Translations under genes and position numbers: made by a program
Shown here: in pieces, positions 41,612-50,756 of the stretch
Position numbering within the stretch: the first letter of the stretch is position 1
How the letters are laid out: every line of letters begins with the position of its first letter
Source: a virus
Reading direction: 5' to 3' (one strand)
IMG/VR virus record: IMGVR_UViG_3300030108_003783
Coordinates: 32,001 to 96,000 of that record
Length of the DNA: 64,000 bases
The notes under the pieces: generated by a model
Database searches by the model: none
Told to the model about the DNA's origin: nothing
The model's input: the letters and a program-made list of their open reading frames with translations, nothing else

Positions 41612-42402
41612 AAATTTCAAAAATCATAGAAAATATATTATCAGAAAAGAATAAAGCATTAGACAATAAATCTAAGAAAACTGGTATTGCTTATGGTACA
41701 TTAAAGAAAGTATACGATAGAGGAATGGCAGCATGGAATTCAGGACACAGACCAGGCTCAACTCAACAACAATGGGCAATGGGTAGAGTAAATTCTTTTA
41801 TCACTGGTAAAGGTGGTGCTAGAAAAGCTGATGCTGATCTTTGGAAGAAAAGAGGAAAGAGAAAAAAAGAAGGCGTTGAAGAAGCAAACCCTGCACCAAA
41901 ACCAGAAGATTTCGGAACATCTGAATCAACAAAAGAATATGGAAAGTCTCTTAGAAAAATAGCATTAGACAGACAATTAAAAAATATATCTAAAAAAGAC
42001 AAAGAAACTTTATTGAAAATTGCTAATTTAATGGCTAAAGCAAATGAAGTAGAAGTAGATGACGATACAGAATTTAAATTAGATCTTATGCATTTATTAA
42101 AAAAGCACGTTTCTAAAGGAGGATCTCCTGAAGTTGTTAAAGAAGCTACTAATCTTTGGAAACATTTCGATGCAAAAATGAAATTACAAGATACTATCAT
42201 GGACTTAGAATATGATATGAAGATGATAACTAAAGATTTATCTCAACTTTATAAAGATATGGAACAAGAAGCTGAACCAGAAGGTGGCCCTAAAGCTACT
42301 AGATATGGTAGAGAAATTGAAAAGAAAGAAAAAGAATACAAAAGGAAAAAAGCTGAATTTAAAAAGCTTATGGCTAAATTAGAAAAAATGGAAATGATGT
42401 AA
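41608..42402 (+). CDS. leader-family modular protein
   Basis: MKISKIIENILSE; module KVYDRGMAAW..GHRPG..QQQWAMGRVNSF. Confidence 0.65.
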   Translation: MKISKIIENILSEKNKALDNKSKKTGIAYGTLKKVYDRGMAAWNSGHRPGSTQQQWAMGRVNSFITGKGGARKADADLWKKRGKRKKEGVEEANPAPKPEDFGTSESTKEYGKSLRKIALDRQLKNISKKDKETLLKIANLMAKANEVEVDDDTEFKLDLMHLLKKHVSKGGSPEVVKEATNLWKHFDAKMKLQDTIMDLEYDMKMITKDLSQLYKDMEQEAEPEGGPKATRYGREIEKKEKEYKRKKAEFKKLMAKLEKMEMM

Positions 42403-42407
42403 AAATC

Positions 42408-42611
42408 ATGATCCGTTTTACAAATATAAAAGGTCAACAAAGTATTCAAGAAATATGCGATAATTGTAAAACTGTAATAAAAGGTTTATCCATTTCAGAT
42501 ATAACAGTAAATAAAACTGAAAATGTAAAAATATACGATGAATCAGGGAAAGAAATAAAAAGGACAGAAGCAAGACCCAAAATTTATTGCGATGATTGTA
42601 AAGATGACTAA
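42408..42611 (+). CDS. small CxxC...CxxC protein
   Basis: CDNC, CDDC. Confidence 0.6.
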   Translation: MIRFTNIKGQQSIQEICDNCKTVIKGLSISDITVNKTENVKIYDESGKEIKRTEARPKIYCDDCKDD

Positions 42612-43695
42612 AATAAGAAGAATAATAGAATCAATGATAACCGAAGCTCCTTTCGGTTTTAAAGGTGTTCCATTTCCATCAGAAACTCCTAATGAATTTG
42701 CATACTTAGATTTTGCTAAGTATATAAAGAAAAACGAAAAGAAAATGATCAAGTTTCTTAAACCAATGAGACCAGATTCAATGTTTAAAGCTTTACAAAG
42801 TTTATGGAAAGAATGGGACAAGAAAACTAATAAGGGTGAATATTCTAATATCAGAGGTAATAAGTTTGGTAGAGAATTAGTTAAAATGCTTTGGAAAGAT
42901 AATTTATTATTTGATAAATCTGGAAATAGGATTACAAAATTAAAAGAAGATAAAAAGAAAATAAAAGTTTCTAAAGATTATACAAAAGGGTTATCTAGAA
43001 AGAAAAAGAAATACGGTTCCAAAGATGCAATGGAAAAGGAAATAGAAAAGTACAGAGGAACTGATACATACAAAAAAGATTGGGATGCTGATTACAAGAA
43101 AGATAAAAAGACTGGGAAGAAAACTAGAGTAAAAACAAAAAGATCAGCAGCATCTAAAGCTTTTGCTAAAATGTACGGAGAAGGTATAAACGAAGATTAT
43201 TCTCAAAGAGCAAGAAACTTTAGAGTCAACCTTAGAATGAGAATGAAAGACCTTAAGATTGGTGGTAAGATAAAAGCTTACAAAATGACCTTTACAAAAG
43301 AGGGACCCGATAAATACAGTTGGAAAGGACCTCAAAAATGGAAAGCAGAAGCAGTTGTTCAAGCAATTAAAAAAGCAGCTGTCAATGATATAATGAAATG
43401 GAAAGGTGGAGCAAGAGGTGCACCTATGGTAAATGCTTTTCTAAAATTCGAAGGTAAACTAAATGAAAAAGGAAAAGGTCTTTGGCACAATATTCATAAG
43501 AAAAGAAAAAGAGGTGAAGCTCCAGCAAAGAAAGGTACAAAAGCATACAACAAAGCTGCAAAAGCAATAGATAGATTAAAAGAAGAAGCTCCTCCAGGAA
43601 TGGAAGATGTAGTTTTAGCTTTAAAAAAGAAAAAAGATATTACTAACCCATATGCAGTAGCTTGGGCAATGTATAATAAAAAAAATAAAAAATAA
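42604..43695 (+). CDS. leader-family modular Lys-rich protein
   Basis: MTKIRRIIESMITE; modules separated by LKE/INE/LNE; GLWHNIHKKR and NPYAVAWAM modules. Confidence 0.65.
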   Translation: MTKIRRIIESMITEAPFGFKGVPFPSETPNEFAYLDFAKYIKKNEKKMIKFLKPMRPDSMFKALQSLWKEWDKKTNKGEYSNIRGNKFGRELVKMLWKDNLLFDKSGNRITKLKEDKKKIKVSKDYTKGLSRKKKKYGSKDAMEKEIEKYRGTDTYKKDWDADYKKDKKTGKKTRVKTKRSAASKAFAKMYGEGINEDYSQRARNFRVNLRMRMKDLKIGGKIKAYKMTFTKEGPDKYSWKGPQKWKAEAVVQAIKKAAVNDIMKWKGGARGAPMVNAFLKFEGKLNEKGKGLWHNIHKKRKRGEAPAKKGTKAYNKAAKAIDRLKEEAPPGMEDVVLALKKKKDITNPYAVAWAMYNKKNKK

Positions 43696-43705
43696 AGGTT
43701 CAATT

Positions 43706-44038
43706 ATGATAAAGCTTAAGCATTTATTAGAAGAACCTAGAATTCCTAGAAAGAAAGGTCAAAAAAGACTTTCATCTAAACACTCAGATTTATATACAGA
43801 TGAAAACCCAAAAGGAACAATAAAAGGGTTAAAATTTGCAACTGTTAAAGATGCAGCAGCTTCTGTGAGAAAAATAGACGCTTCTGGTAAAAAGCATGCT
43901 CATAAAATTCAAGCTGCTGTTGCAATGGAACAAAGAGCTAAAGAAATGGGAAAAGTTTCAGCTGCTGGTGTATACAGAAAGTATATAAATAAAATGAAAA
44001 AGATAACCCAAAAAAGAAAAGAAAAAAAGAATAAATAA
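43706..44038 (+). CDS. leader-family protein (MIKLKHLLEE)
   Basis: HSDLYTDENPKGTIKGLKF module. Confidence 0.7.
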   Translation: MIKLKHLLEEPRIPRKKGQKRLSSKHSDLYTDENPKGTIKGLKFATVKDAAASVRKIDASGKKHAHKIQAAVAMEQRAKEMGKVSAAGVYRKYINKMKKITQKRKEKKNK

Positions 44039-44039
44039 A

Positions 44040-44071
44040 TTTGGATAAGTCGTAAAAATTTATTATATTAA
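44040..44071 (+). promoter_or_regulatory. early promoter; leaderless
   Basis: TTTGGATAAGTC...TATATTAA, ATG 4 nt later. Confidence 0.8.
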
Positions 44072-44075
44072 TATT

Positions 44076-44603
44076 ATGATTAAATTAAAGAGATTATTAC
44101 AAGAAGCTAGAAGTTTAAGCGTATTTGATTTTGACGATACACTTGCTTTTACAGATTCTTGGGTTTATGTAAAAAAGAACGGTGGAGAATATAAATTAGA
44201 TTCTGCTGAATTTGCTGTACATAAACTAAAGCCTGGTGAAAGCTACGATTTCAGAGACTTTGATAGAATGTTACGTAACCCAAAGATAATAAAGAAAAAT
44301 GTAGACCTTCTTAAAAAACAATTGAAAAAAGTTGGTAGAAGGGTTACAATTTTAACAGCAAGAGCTGTTGGTTTCCCAGTAAAGCATTTCTTTAAAACAT
44401 TGGGAATAGATGTTTATGTTGTTGCTGTTGGTTCAGCTGATCCTAAAGTTAAAGCTGATTGGATTGAAGATCATATTAAGAAAGGTTATAATCCAGTTTA
44501 TTTCATGGATGATTCAGCTAAAAATATAGCAGCAGTAGATAAATTAAAAAAGAAATATCCAAGAACTAAAATACAAACAAAATTAGTTAAATTTCACAAA
44601 TGA
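44076..44603 (+). CDS. HAD-family phosphatase with MIKLKRLLQE leader
   Basis: FDFDDTL (motif I), ILTAR (II), K (III), FMDDS..N (IV). Confidence 0.8.
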   Translation: MIKLKRLLQEARSLSVFDFDDTLAFTDSWVYVKKNGGEYKLDSAEFAVHKLKPGESYDFRDFDRMLRNPKIIKKNVDLLKKQLKKVGRRVTILTARAVGFPVKHFFKTLGIDVYVVAVGSADPKVKADWIEDHIKKGYNPVYFMDDSAKNIAAVDKLKKKYPRTKIQTKLVKFHK

Positions 44604-45139
44604 TAAAGCTTAAAAATATCATAGAAAGATTTGCAATAAGATATCCAGATAAAGAGGATATGAAGAAGATTGCTAAAAAATTGAAAAAAGCAAGAGCATC
44701 AACAGATTCAAATAAAAAATATCAATATCATTTAGCTGAAAGACTTGGTAAGAATAATATAATGGATGTAGTTAAAAAAGTATATCCTCAAATAGTTAAA
44801 GATCTTGGTGGTAGAGCAGTAAAAGTAGAAGTTCATAATAATATATACAAAAGAATGGGTGCTGTTGGAATAGAAGATTTAATGAAAGATAATAACCCAT
44901 TTGCAGAATACGATTGGGATAGAAATAGAATTTATTTATATGCATCAGCAATAACTAATGTTGAACAAATAATAAGATCTTTATTACATGAGCATACTCA
45001 TACAAAGCAAGATAGAAAGAAATTTAAAGCTGGATATGATTCTGGTAAATATGATTATGCAACACACCCATATGAAAAGGCTGCTGTAAAATCAGAAAGA
45101 AATTGGAAAAAGTACTTAAAATATTTGGATAAGTCGTAA
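44600..45139 (+). CDS. zincin-like metallopeptidase with MIKLKNIIE leader
   Basis: LLHEHTHTKQ...HPYEKAA. Confidence 0.7.
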   Translation: MIKLKNIIERFAIRYPDKEDMKKIAKKLKKARASTDSNKKYQYHLAERLGKNNIMDVVKKVYPQIVKDLGGRAVKVEVHNNIYKRMGAVGIEDLMKDNNPFAEYDWDRNRIYLYASAITNVEQIIRSLLHEHTHTKQDRKKFKAGYDSGKYDYATHPYEKAAVKSERNWKKYLKYLDKS

Positions 45140-45155
45140 AAATTTATTATATTAA
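45124..45155 (+). promoter_or_regulatory. early promoter overlapping the upstream stop; leaderless
   Basis: TTTGGATAAGTCGTAA...TATATTAA. Confidence 0.8.
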
Positions 45156-45159
45156 CATT

Positions 45160-45663
45160 ATGATTAAATTATCAGAAATACTTATGGATACCTTTAAAGG
45201 TGAAAAATCAGCAGGAGCTATTATATTTAATAGGAATGCAAATGGAATAGAATATTTATTACTTCATGGTGATAAAATAGGATGGTCATTTCCTAAGGGT
45301 CATATTGAACCAGGAGAAGCTCCTAGGGAAGCTGCTATCAGAGAAGTGAAAGAAGAGACTGGTATAACTATAGAACGTTTTATTCCGAATTTCGAAGTTT
45401 ATTCTCATTACGTTATGACTCACGATTATAGATTTGACCCACCTAAACCTTTAGATAAATCAGATCAATTTGAAAAGATTGTTGTATATTATTTATCTGA
45501 AGTTAAAACAAAAGATGTTACAATATCTCATGAGCATGACAATTATACATGGGTATCTCATAAAAAAGCTCAAACGTTATTAAAATTTGGAAATGACCTT
45601 TTAACAAAGGCACACAAAAGAATATCAAATGAAACCAGAGATACAAGCATATCAAAAAGGTAG
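45160..45663 (+). CDS. Nudix hydrolase (Ap4A hydrolase-like) with MIKLSEIL leader
   Basis: SAGAII, WSFPKGHIEPGE...AAIREVKEETG, SHEH...W. Confidence 0.88.
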   Translation: MIKLSEILMDTFKGEKSAGAIIFNRNANGIEYLLLHGDKIGWSFPKGHIEPGEAPREAAIREVKEETGITIERFIPNFEVYSHYVMTHDYRFDPPKPLDKSDQFEKIVVYYLSEVKTKDVTISHEHDNYTWVSHKKAQTLLKFGNDLLTKAHKRISNETRDTSISKR

Positions 45664-45805
45664 AAAGATTATAAGAAGCTGTGAAAATACAGCTCAAATT
45701 TTCAATGCATACAATTGGGTATGGTTATATAAGAATATGTACGGAGAAACAGATCTTTGGAAAAAATTATACAATTATTGCACACAAAGGAGAAACAGGT
45801 TATGA
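45629..45805 (+). CDS. hypothetical, 58 aa (not in ORF track)
   Basis: MKPEIQAYQKGRKIIRSCENTAQ...RRNRL*; fills the gap between genes. Confidence 0.6.
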   Translation: MKPEIQAYQKGRKIIRSCENTAQIFNAYNWVWLYKNMYGETDLWKKLYNYCTQRRNRL

Positions 45806-45873
45806 ATTACTGGACAACTACAACAACTATCGGTGATATAGAAGTTATTTATCATATTAAGGAGAATAACTAA
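45802..45873 (+). CDS. 23-aa peptide
   Basis: MNYWTTTTTIGDIEVIYHIKENN*; AAGGAG upstream; ATGA and TAATG coupling on both sides. Confidence 0.45.
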   Translation: MNYWTTTTTIGDIEVIYHIKENN

Positions 45874-46109
45874 TGGGATTTCACAAAAGATATATAGATA
45901 CAGAACAAGTTTGCTATAGATATAGAAATTATGGAATGCAAGCTGTATTAGATTGGATGAGATCAGCAGATGCATTAATTTGCACTGATGAATTTACAAT
46001 GGACTTGACAGATGTATTACATTCATCGGAAGATAAAATTAAAACTTGGAATAAAGCATCAGAAATGATATCAGCAAAATCTCTGGAAATCGAACAAAAC
46101 TCTAAGTAA
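45873..46109 (+). CDS. hypothetical protein
   Basis: 78 aa with AAGGAG. Confidence 0.7.
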   Translation: MGFHKRYIDTEQVCYRYRNYGMQAVLDWMRSADALICTDEFTMDLTDVLHSSEDKIKTWNKASEMISAKSLEIEQNSK

Positions 46110-46112
46110 CCT

Positions 46113-46199
46113 ATGACAAATTGTCATTAAAAAACTTTGAAAAATGGACAAATTGTCACCTAAATTATTTGGATATGTCAAATATTTTTCTTATATTTA
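46113..46199 (+). promoter_or_regulatory. early promoter with two GACAAATTGTC palindromes
   Basis: ATGACAAATTGTCAT 46113-46127; second copy 46147-46157, 10 nt before TTTG at 46168. Confidence 0.8.
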
Positions 46200-46226
46200 T
46201 ATATAAATAATAAAACATTAAACACT

Positions 46227-46463
46227 ATGACAAAAAAGGAATTAATTTACAAGTACCAATTAGGAAAAGATTATCAAATCGAGCTGAATAACAACATGTT
46301 ATACTATAAAAGACGTAACGAATTCAACGATTTCGATTTAATTAAAGCTACTGAAGCTCCATCGAAAATGTATGGTCATCACGAATTAAAAGAACATGTT
46401 CAAGATTTATCTAAAAAAATGGGATTACCTATTTTAAATGCTATAACCGGTTCAGCTGTCTAA
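46227..46463 (+). CDS. hypothetical early protein
   Basis: 78 aa behind its own promoter. Confidence 0.7.
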   Translation: MTKKELIYKYQLGKDYQIELNNNMLYYKRRNEFNDFDLIKATEAPSKMYGHHELKEHVQDLSKKMGLPILNAITGSAV

Positions 46464-46464
46464 T

Positions 46465-46541
46465 TGTTAATAACTATTTCAAAAATGTTAATAACTTCAG
46501 TCCAATTTATTTGGATATGTCAATAATTAATCTTATATTTA
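46465..46541 (+). promoter_or_regulatory. early promoter with two TGTTAATAAC boxes
   Basis: Boxes at 46465 and 46486; TTTG at 46510. Confidence 0.8.
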
Positions 46542-46569
46542 TATATAAATAATAACAATCACTACTAAT

Positions 46570-48459
46570 ATGGGTTATACAAAATCAAACAATTTTTCTT
46601 CTTTCTGGTTAGATGGTTCTAACAATATAGATATCCTAACTGGAGAAAAGATTTCAAGTGGTAAAGATTACATCAAAATGGCTTCAACATTAAAAGCTAT
46701 CGGAAACTTTGTTAAAATCGTTTCTGGTAATGATGTTAAAGTTGAATATAGCAATAGAGATGAATCTTACACAGATGGTAAAACAGTTACTATCACTTCA
46801 AAAGTAAACGGTAAATCATTTGATTCTACTGTTGGTCTTGCTTTACACGAAGGATCTCACGTTAAATTATCAGACTTTAGTTTACTTAAACATTTAATGA
46901 GTTACCAAGGTAAAGATTTATTAAAAACAAGATTTAATTTCGAAATCACTGATGATATGGAATTAAAAGGTTTATCAGTTATGATGCTTAAAGACCTTAT
47001 CAATGTTATCGAGGATAGAAGAATCGATTATCATATCTTTACTACTGCTCCAGGTTATCAAGGTTATTACAATGCTTTATACGATAGATACTTTCATGCT
47101 AAAGTAATAGATAAAGCTATATTATCTTCAGAGCATAGAGAAGAAAATATTCAATCTTACATGTTTAGAATTATTAATATAACTAATTCAAACAGAGATT
47201 TATCTGCTCTTAAAGGTTTAAAAGAAATTTACAATATAATCGACCTTGCTAATATTTCAAGATTAAAAACAACAGGAGAGGTAATTGAAACAGCTATTAA
47301 GGTTTTCAAAGCTTTAGATAAATACATTCCAATTACAACACAAGATGGTGAATCAAAAACTACTGGTAAAGATAAAAAATCAGATTTATCTCCAAATGAA
47401 AAAAGCAAGTTAAAAAAAGCTATTCAAAAGCAAAAAGATTTCATCAGAAACAATATTCAAAAGTCTTCTATACGTAAATCAGAAAAGAATAAAATAAATG
47501 CTATTAATAGCTCAAAAGCTACATACGAAAAAGTTGGTGATCAATTTCAAAGTCACTGGCTTAAATCTTCTGGAGTTGATTGCTTAGTTGTTAGAAACAT
47601 AAACAAAGCTGTTATCAATTCTAATATCTTTGAGACTATCAAATCAGAAGGTCATTACTATCACAGAACAAAAGACAATCAAGAATCTATCGATAGAGGT
47701 ATTACATTAGGTACTCAGCTTGGTAGAAAGCTTCAAGTTAGAAATGATTCAAGAAGCTTACAATTCAATCGATTAAATCAAGGAAAGATTGATAAAAGAA
47801 TGATTGCTTCAGCTGGTTTTGGTAATGAAAATATATTTCAACAAGTTTTTATTGACAATCACAAAGATGCTAATGTTCATATTTCCATTGATGCTTCTGG
47901 TTCTATGTCAGGTACAAAATGGGACAAATCAATAACATCAGCAGTTGCTATTGCTAAAGCTGCTTCAATGGTTGGTAATTTAAATGTTACTATATCTTTC
48001 CGTTCAACAGAGCAACAAGGAAAGAAATACATTCCAGCTATTTTCATTGCTTACGATTCAAAGGTTGATAAAATTTCAAAGATTCAAAATCTATTTAAAT
48101 ACATCACTTGTCCTGGTACTACACCAGAAGGTTTATGCTTCGAAGCTATTCAAAGAGAAATCGTTCAATCTTCAAACAATTTAGATAGTTACTTCATAAA
48201 CTTTTCAGATGGTGAACCTTATTTTGAAAATGGACAAATTCAATACTGGGGAGATTCAGCTGCAAAACATACAGCAACTGAAATCAAAAAGTTTAGAGAT
48301 AAAGGTATCAAAGTTTTATCTTACTTTATTACTGGTTCTGATGAATCAACAACTTCATCCAATTTTAAAACTATGTACGGACCAGATGCTAGCAATGTTA
48401 ACGTCAATAATCTTAATCAGTTAGCTAAAACGCTTAACAATATGTTTATAGAGAAATAA
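46570..48459 (+). CDS. metallopeptidase-like plus vWA domain protein (CobT-like MoxR partner)
   Basis: LALHEGSH, NVIEDRRID; MIDAS DASGSMSG, TPEG, FSDGEP. Confidence 0.85.
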   Translation: MGYTKSNNFSSFWLDGSNNIDILTGEKISSGKDYIKMASTLKAIGNFVKIVSGNDVKVEYSNRDESYTDGKTVTITSKVNGKSFDSTVGLALHEGSHVKLSDFSLLKHLMSYQGKDLLKTRFNFEITDDMELKGLSVMMLKDLINVIEDRRIDYHIFTTAPGYQGYYNALYDRYFHAKVIDKAILSSEHREENIQSYMFRIINITNSNRDLSALKGLKEIYNIIDLANISRLKTTGEVIETAIKVFKALDKYIPITTQDGESKTTGKDKKSDLSPNEKSKLKKAIQKQKDFIRNNIQKSSIRKSEKNKINAINSSKATYEKVGDQFQSHWLKSSGVDCLVVRNINKAVINSNIFETIKSEGHYYHRTKDNQESIDRGITLGTQLGRKLQVRNDSRSLQFNRLNQGKIDKRMIASAGFGNENIFQQVFIDNHKDANVHISIDASGSMSGTKWDKSITSAVAIAKAASMVGNLNVTISFRSTEQQGKKYIPAIFIAYDSKVDKISKIQNLFKYITCPGTTPEGLCFEAIQREIVQSSNNLDSYFINFSDGEPYFENGQIQYWGDSAAKHTATEIKKFRDKGIKVLSYFITGSDESTTSSNFKTMYGPDASNVNVNNLNQLAKTLNNMFIEK

Positions 48460-48461
48460 TT

Positions 48462-48806
48462 ATGAAAATAACAATTTGGATACATAAATCAGAAGCAATT
48501 TCTGGTAATATAACAAAATATCATACTCATGGCCTTCCGCAAACTTCTAATTGGCCAGATTATGTTCAAGTGCAAATCTCTCAAGACGAATTTGCAAGGC
48601 TAGAAGATAACAATGTAGAATATGTTTCAGAAGAAGAAATGGATAAATTAGAAGCTAAATATGGTTCTGAAGAAATTCCTATGATTCACGAAAGAAATCC
48701 TGATACTGGAGATGTACGTTCTAGGCCAGCTTCATGGTATGTTGATCAATATAATAGAAATAGAGATCCAAAAGACCATATAACTCATAAAAGTCAAATA
48801 AAATGA
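48462..48806 (+). CDS. hypothetical protein
   Basis: 114 aa in the operon. Confidence 0.7.
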   Translation: MKITIWIHKSEAISGNITKYHTHGLPQTSNWPDYVQVQISQDEFARLEDNNVEYVSEEEMDKLEAKYGSEEIPMIHERNPDTGDVRSRPASWYVDQYNRNRDPKDHITHKSQIK

Positions 48807-49162
48807 ATATAGAAAGAAAACAATATAAGCTTAGAGAATATAAAAAATTCTTAAACAGAAAGTTTAAAGGTATAGAAACTAAAATGGCACCAAATGGTGG
48901 TTTTTACGTTTCAGATTCAAAAGGTAATAATTTAATAGGTAATAAATACCCAGACTTGGCTATATCACCAGACGTTTACACAGCATATAAAAATGCTTAC
49001 ATAGTAGAACATTGGAATAGAATGGAAGCAAGACAAGTCAAAGGTATTAGAAAAGATATTCAAAACAATACAGTTCAAGGTGGAGAAGGATTAGCAAAAG
49101 CTATACATGAATACTTTGAGGATGAATATGAAATGTATGACGAAGAAAATTTAAATGAGTAG
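48803..49162 (+). CDS. hypothetical protein
   Basis: 119 aa in the operon. Confidence 0.7.
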   Translation: MNIERKQYKLREYKKFLNRKFKGIETKMAPNGGFYVSDSKGNNLIGNKYPDLAISPDVYTAYKNAYIVEHWNRMEARQVKGIRKDIQNNTVQGGEGLAKAIHEYFEDEYEMYDEENLNE

Positions 49163-49772
49163 TATACAAGGACCGAAAGGTAAAATAACAAAGCATCATC
49201 AAAGAGGTAGACCTTTAAGGTATTTACTTCAATCTGAAGTGGAAGAAGCTATGGAGAATACTAAATCTAATCTTGCTGCTTCTAAATGGTGTAAAGTTTC
49301 ATTTACTACTTATAAAAAATATGCTTCAAATTATTACGATGAAAATGGTGTTTCATTATATGAAAAACATAAAAATCAAACTGGTAGAGGTATATCACAG
49401 TTCAGAGAAGGACACCATGGTAATCAATATCCATTAGAAGATATTTGCGAAGGAAAACATCCAGAATATCCTACATGGAAACTATTAAAAAGATTAATAA
49501 AGCATAAAGTAAAAGATGAATGCTGTGAAATTTGTGGTTTTGCTGAAAAACGTAAAGGTGATGGTAAAGTTCCATTGATACTTGGTTTTGACGACAGAAA
49601 CAAATTAAACAGGAAACTTAAAAATTTAATAGTAATGTGCTACAATTGTTTCTTCATTCATCAGGGTAAATTAGCTGGAGGTAAGAATGCTCCATACCCA
49701 CGCAAAAACAGCGCATTATTAAAAAAAGATAATCTTGATGAGCAAGATTACGAAATGTTAAGAAATCTATAA
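49155..49772 (+). CDS. HTH-like plus degenerate HNH/zinc domain protein
   Basis: SNLAASKWCKVSFTTYKKY; CCEICG...N...NL.VMCYNC, apparently lacking the catalytic His. Confidence 0.55.
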   Translation: MSSIQGPKGKITKHHQRGRPLRYLLQSEVEEAMENTKSNLAASKWCKVSFTTYKKYASNYYDENGVSLYEKHKNQTGRGISQFREGHHGNQYPLEDICEGKHPEYPTWKLLKRLIKHKVKDECCEICGFAEKRKGDGKVPLILGFDDRNKLNRKLKNLIVMCYNCFFIHQGKLAGGKNAPYPRKNSALLKKDNLDEQDYEMLRNL

Positions 49773-49999
49773 TGAAAAGGGAATTAGTTATGTATTATTT
49801 AGGAAGAGTAGAATTCATCACGCTAATAGACACAAAAGGTGGTGGCACAAAAGAAAAGAAAACAAGAAGACAATATTTAGTAAATGCAATGACTTGCACA
49901 GAAGCTGAAGCAAAGATTGTAGAGCAATTGAAAGATTCAGTTGAAGATTACGAAATAAAAGGTGTTCAACAGTCAAAAATTATTGAAGTTTTTGAATAA
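49772..49999 (+). CDS. DUF4494-like protein
   Basis: QYLVNAMTCTEAEAKIVE...SKIIEVF resembles the Bacteroidota DUF4494 repeat unit. Confidence 0.6.
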   Translation: MKRELVMYYLGRVEFITLIDTKGGGTKEKKTRRQYLVNAMTCTEAEAKIVEQLKDSVEDYEIKGVQQSKIIEVFE

Positions 50000-50028
50000 A
50001 AACTGTTTGAACTTGATATTTATCTACG

Positions 50029-50088
50029 AGGATCCGGGGAAAAGATAATACTAACCGGACCTTAAATTAAGTATACTGGATGGGTATT
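50029..50088 (+). promoter_or_regulatory. structured hsp20 leader
   Basis: AGGaTCCGG/CCGGACCT hairpin after TGATATTTAT; 50073-50088 complementary to 50545-50560. Confidence 0.6.
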
Positions 50089-50117
50089 TAATTTTTAAAA
50101 CATTTTAGGAGTTTATT

Positions 50118-50534
50118 ATGACAAGATTACAATTTCACGAGCGGTTGTTTCCAACCGACCTTCTGTTCAAAAATTTCTTTGAAACAGATTCACACTTTCA
50201 ATCTCATGCTGAAATAAAACCGAACTATCCTTGCGATTTGTTCACAGACGATGACGGTTTACATATTGAGATTGCTGCAGTTGGTATTAATAAAAAGGAT
50301 ATCAAAATAGAAACAGCAGAAAATCAAATTAAGGTTATTTATGATAAGACTGGTGATGACCCATCAGTCGATTATATTCATAGAGGTATTGCTAGAAGAT
50401 CTTTTAACTTAGGGTGGAAGATATCTCCAAAATTTAACTTGAATAGAGTTAAAGCTGATATGAATAATGGGTTACTTTCAATCTTCATTCCAATTGCTGA
50501 TGAAGCTAAACCGAAAGCAATTACAATAGGATAA
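50118..50534 (+). CDS. small heat-shock protein Hsp20
   Basis: NYP.DL, EIAAVG, YIHRGIARRSF, ADMNNGLLSI. Confidence 0.92.
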   Translation: MTRLQFHERLFPTDLLFKNFFETDSHFQSHAEIKPNYPCDLFTDDDGLHIEIAAVGINKKDIKIETAENQIKVIYDKTGDDPSVDYIHRGIARRSFNLGWKISPKFNLNRVKADMNNGLLSIFIPIADEAKPKAITIG

Positions 50535-50585
50535 TAATATCCGCAATACCCATCCGGTATTAGTTATATAAAAAAGGAAATAGTT

Positions 50586-50756
50586 ATGGAATTAACAGCA
50601 ATAATAATTTTTGGAATAGCATGTTTTGCATTAGGAATGTATTTTACTACACAAATTTCTGAATGGATAAGCGACAGAACACAGCACAAAAAATTTATAA
50701 AGAATTTAGAGAATTATGGCAAAGAAAAGAACACTAGACGAACTAAGACAAAGTAA
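50586..50756 (+). CDS. small single-TM protein, 56 aa (not in ORF track)
   Basis: MELTAIIIFGIACFALGMYF...; AAGGA upstream. Confidence 0.55.
   Translation: MELTAIIIFGIACFALGMYFTTQISEWISDRTQHKKFIKNLENYGKEKNTRRTKTK

Noticed and set aside
48227-48240. AAAATGGACAAATT partial match to the palindromic operator
   Set aside because: Half-site only, inside the vWA coding sequence, with no promoter next to it.
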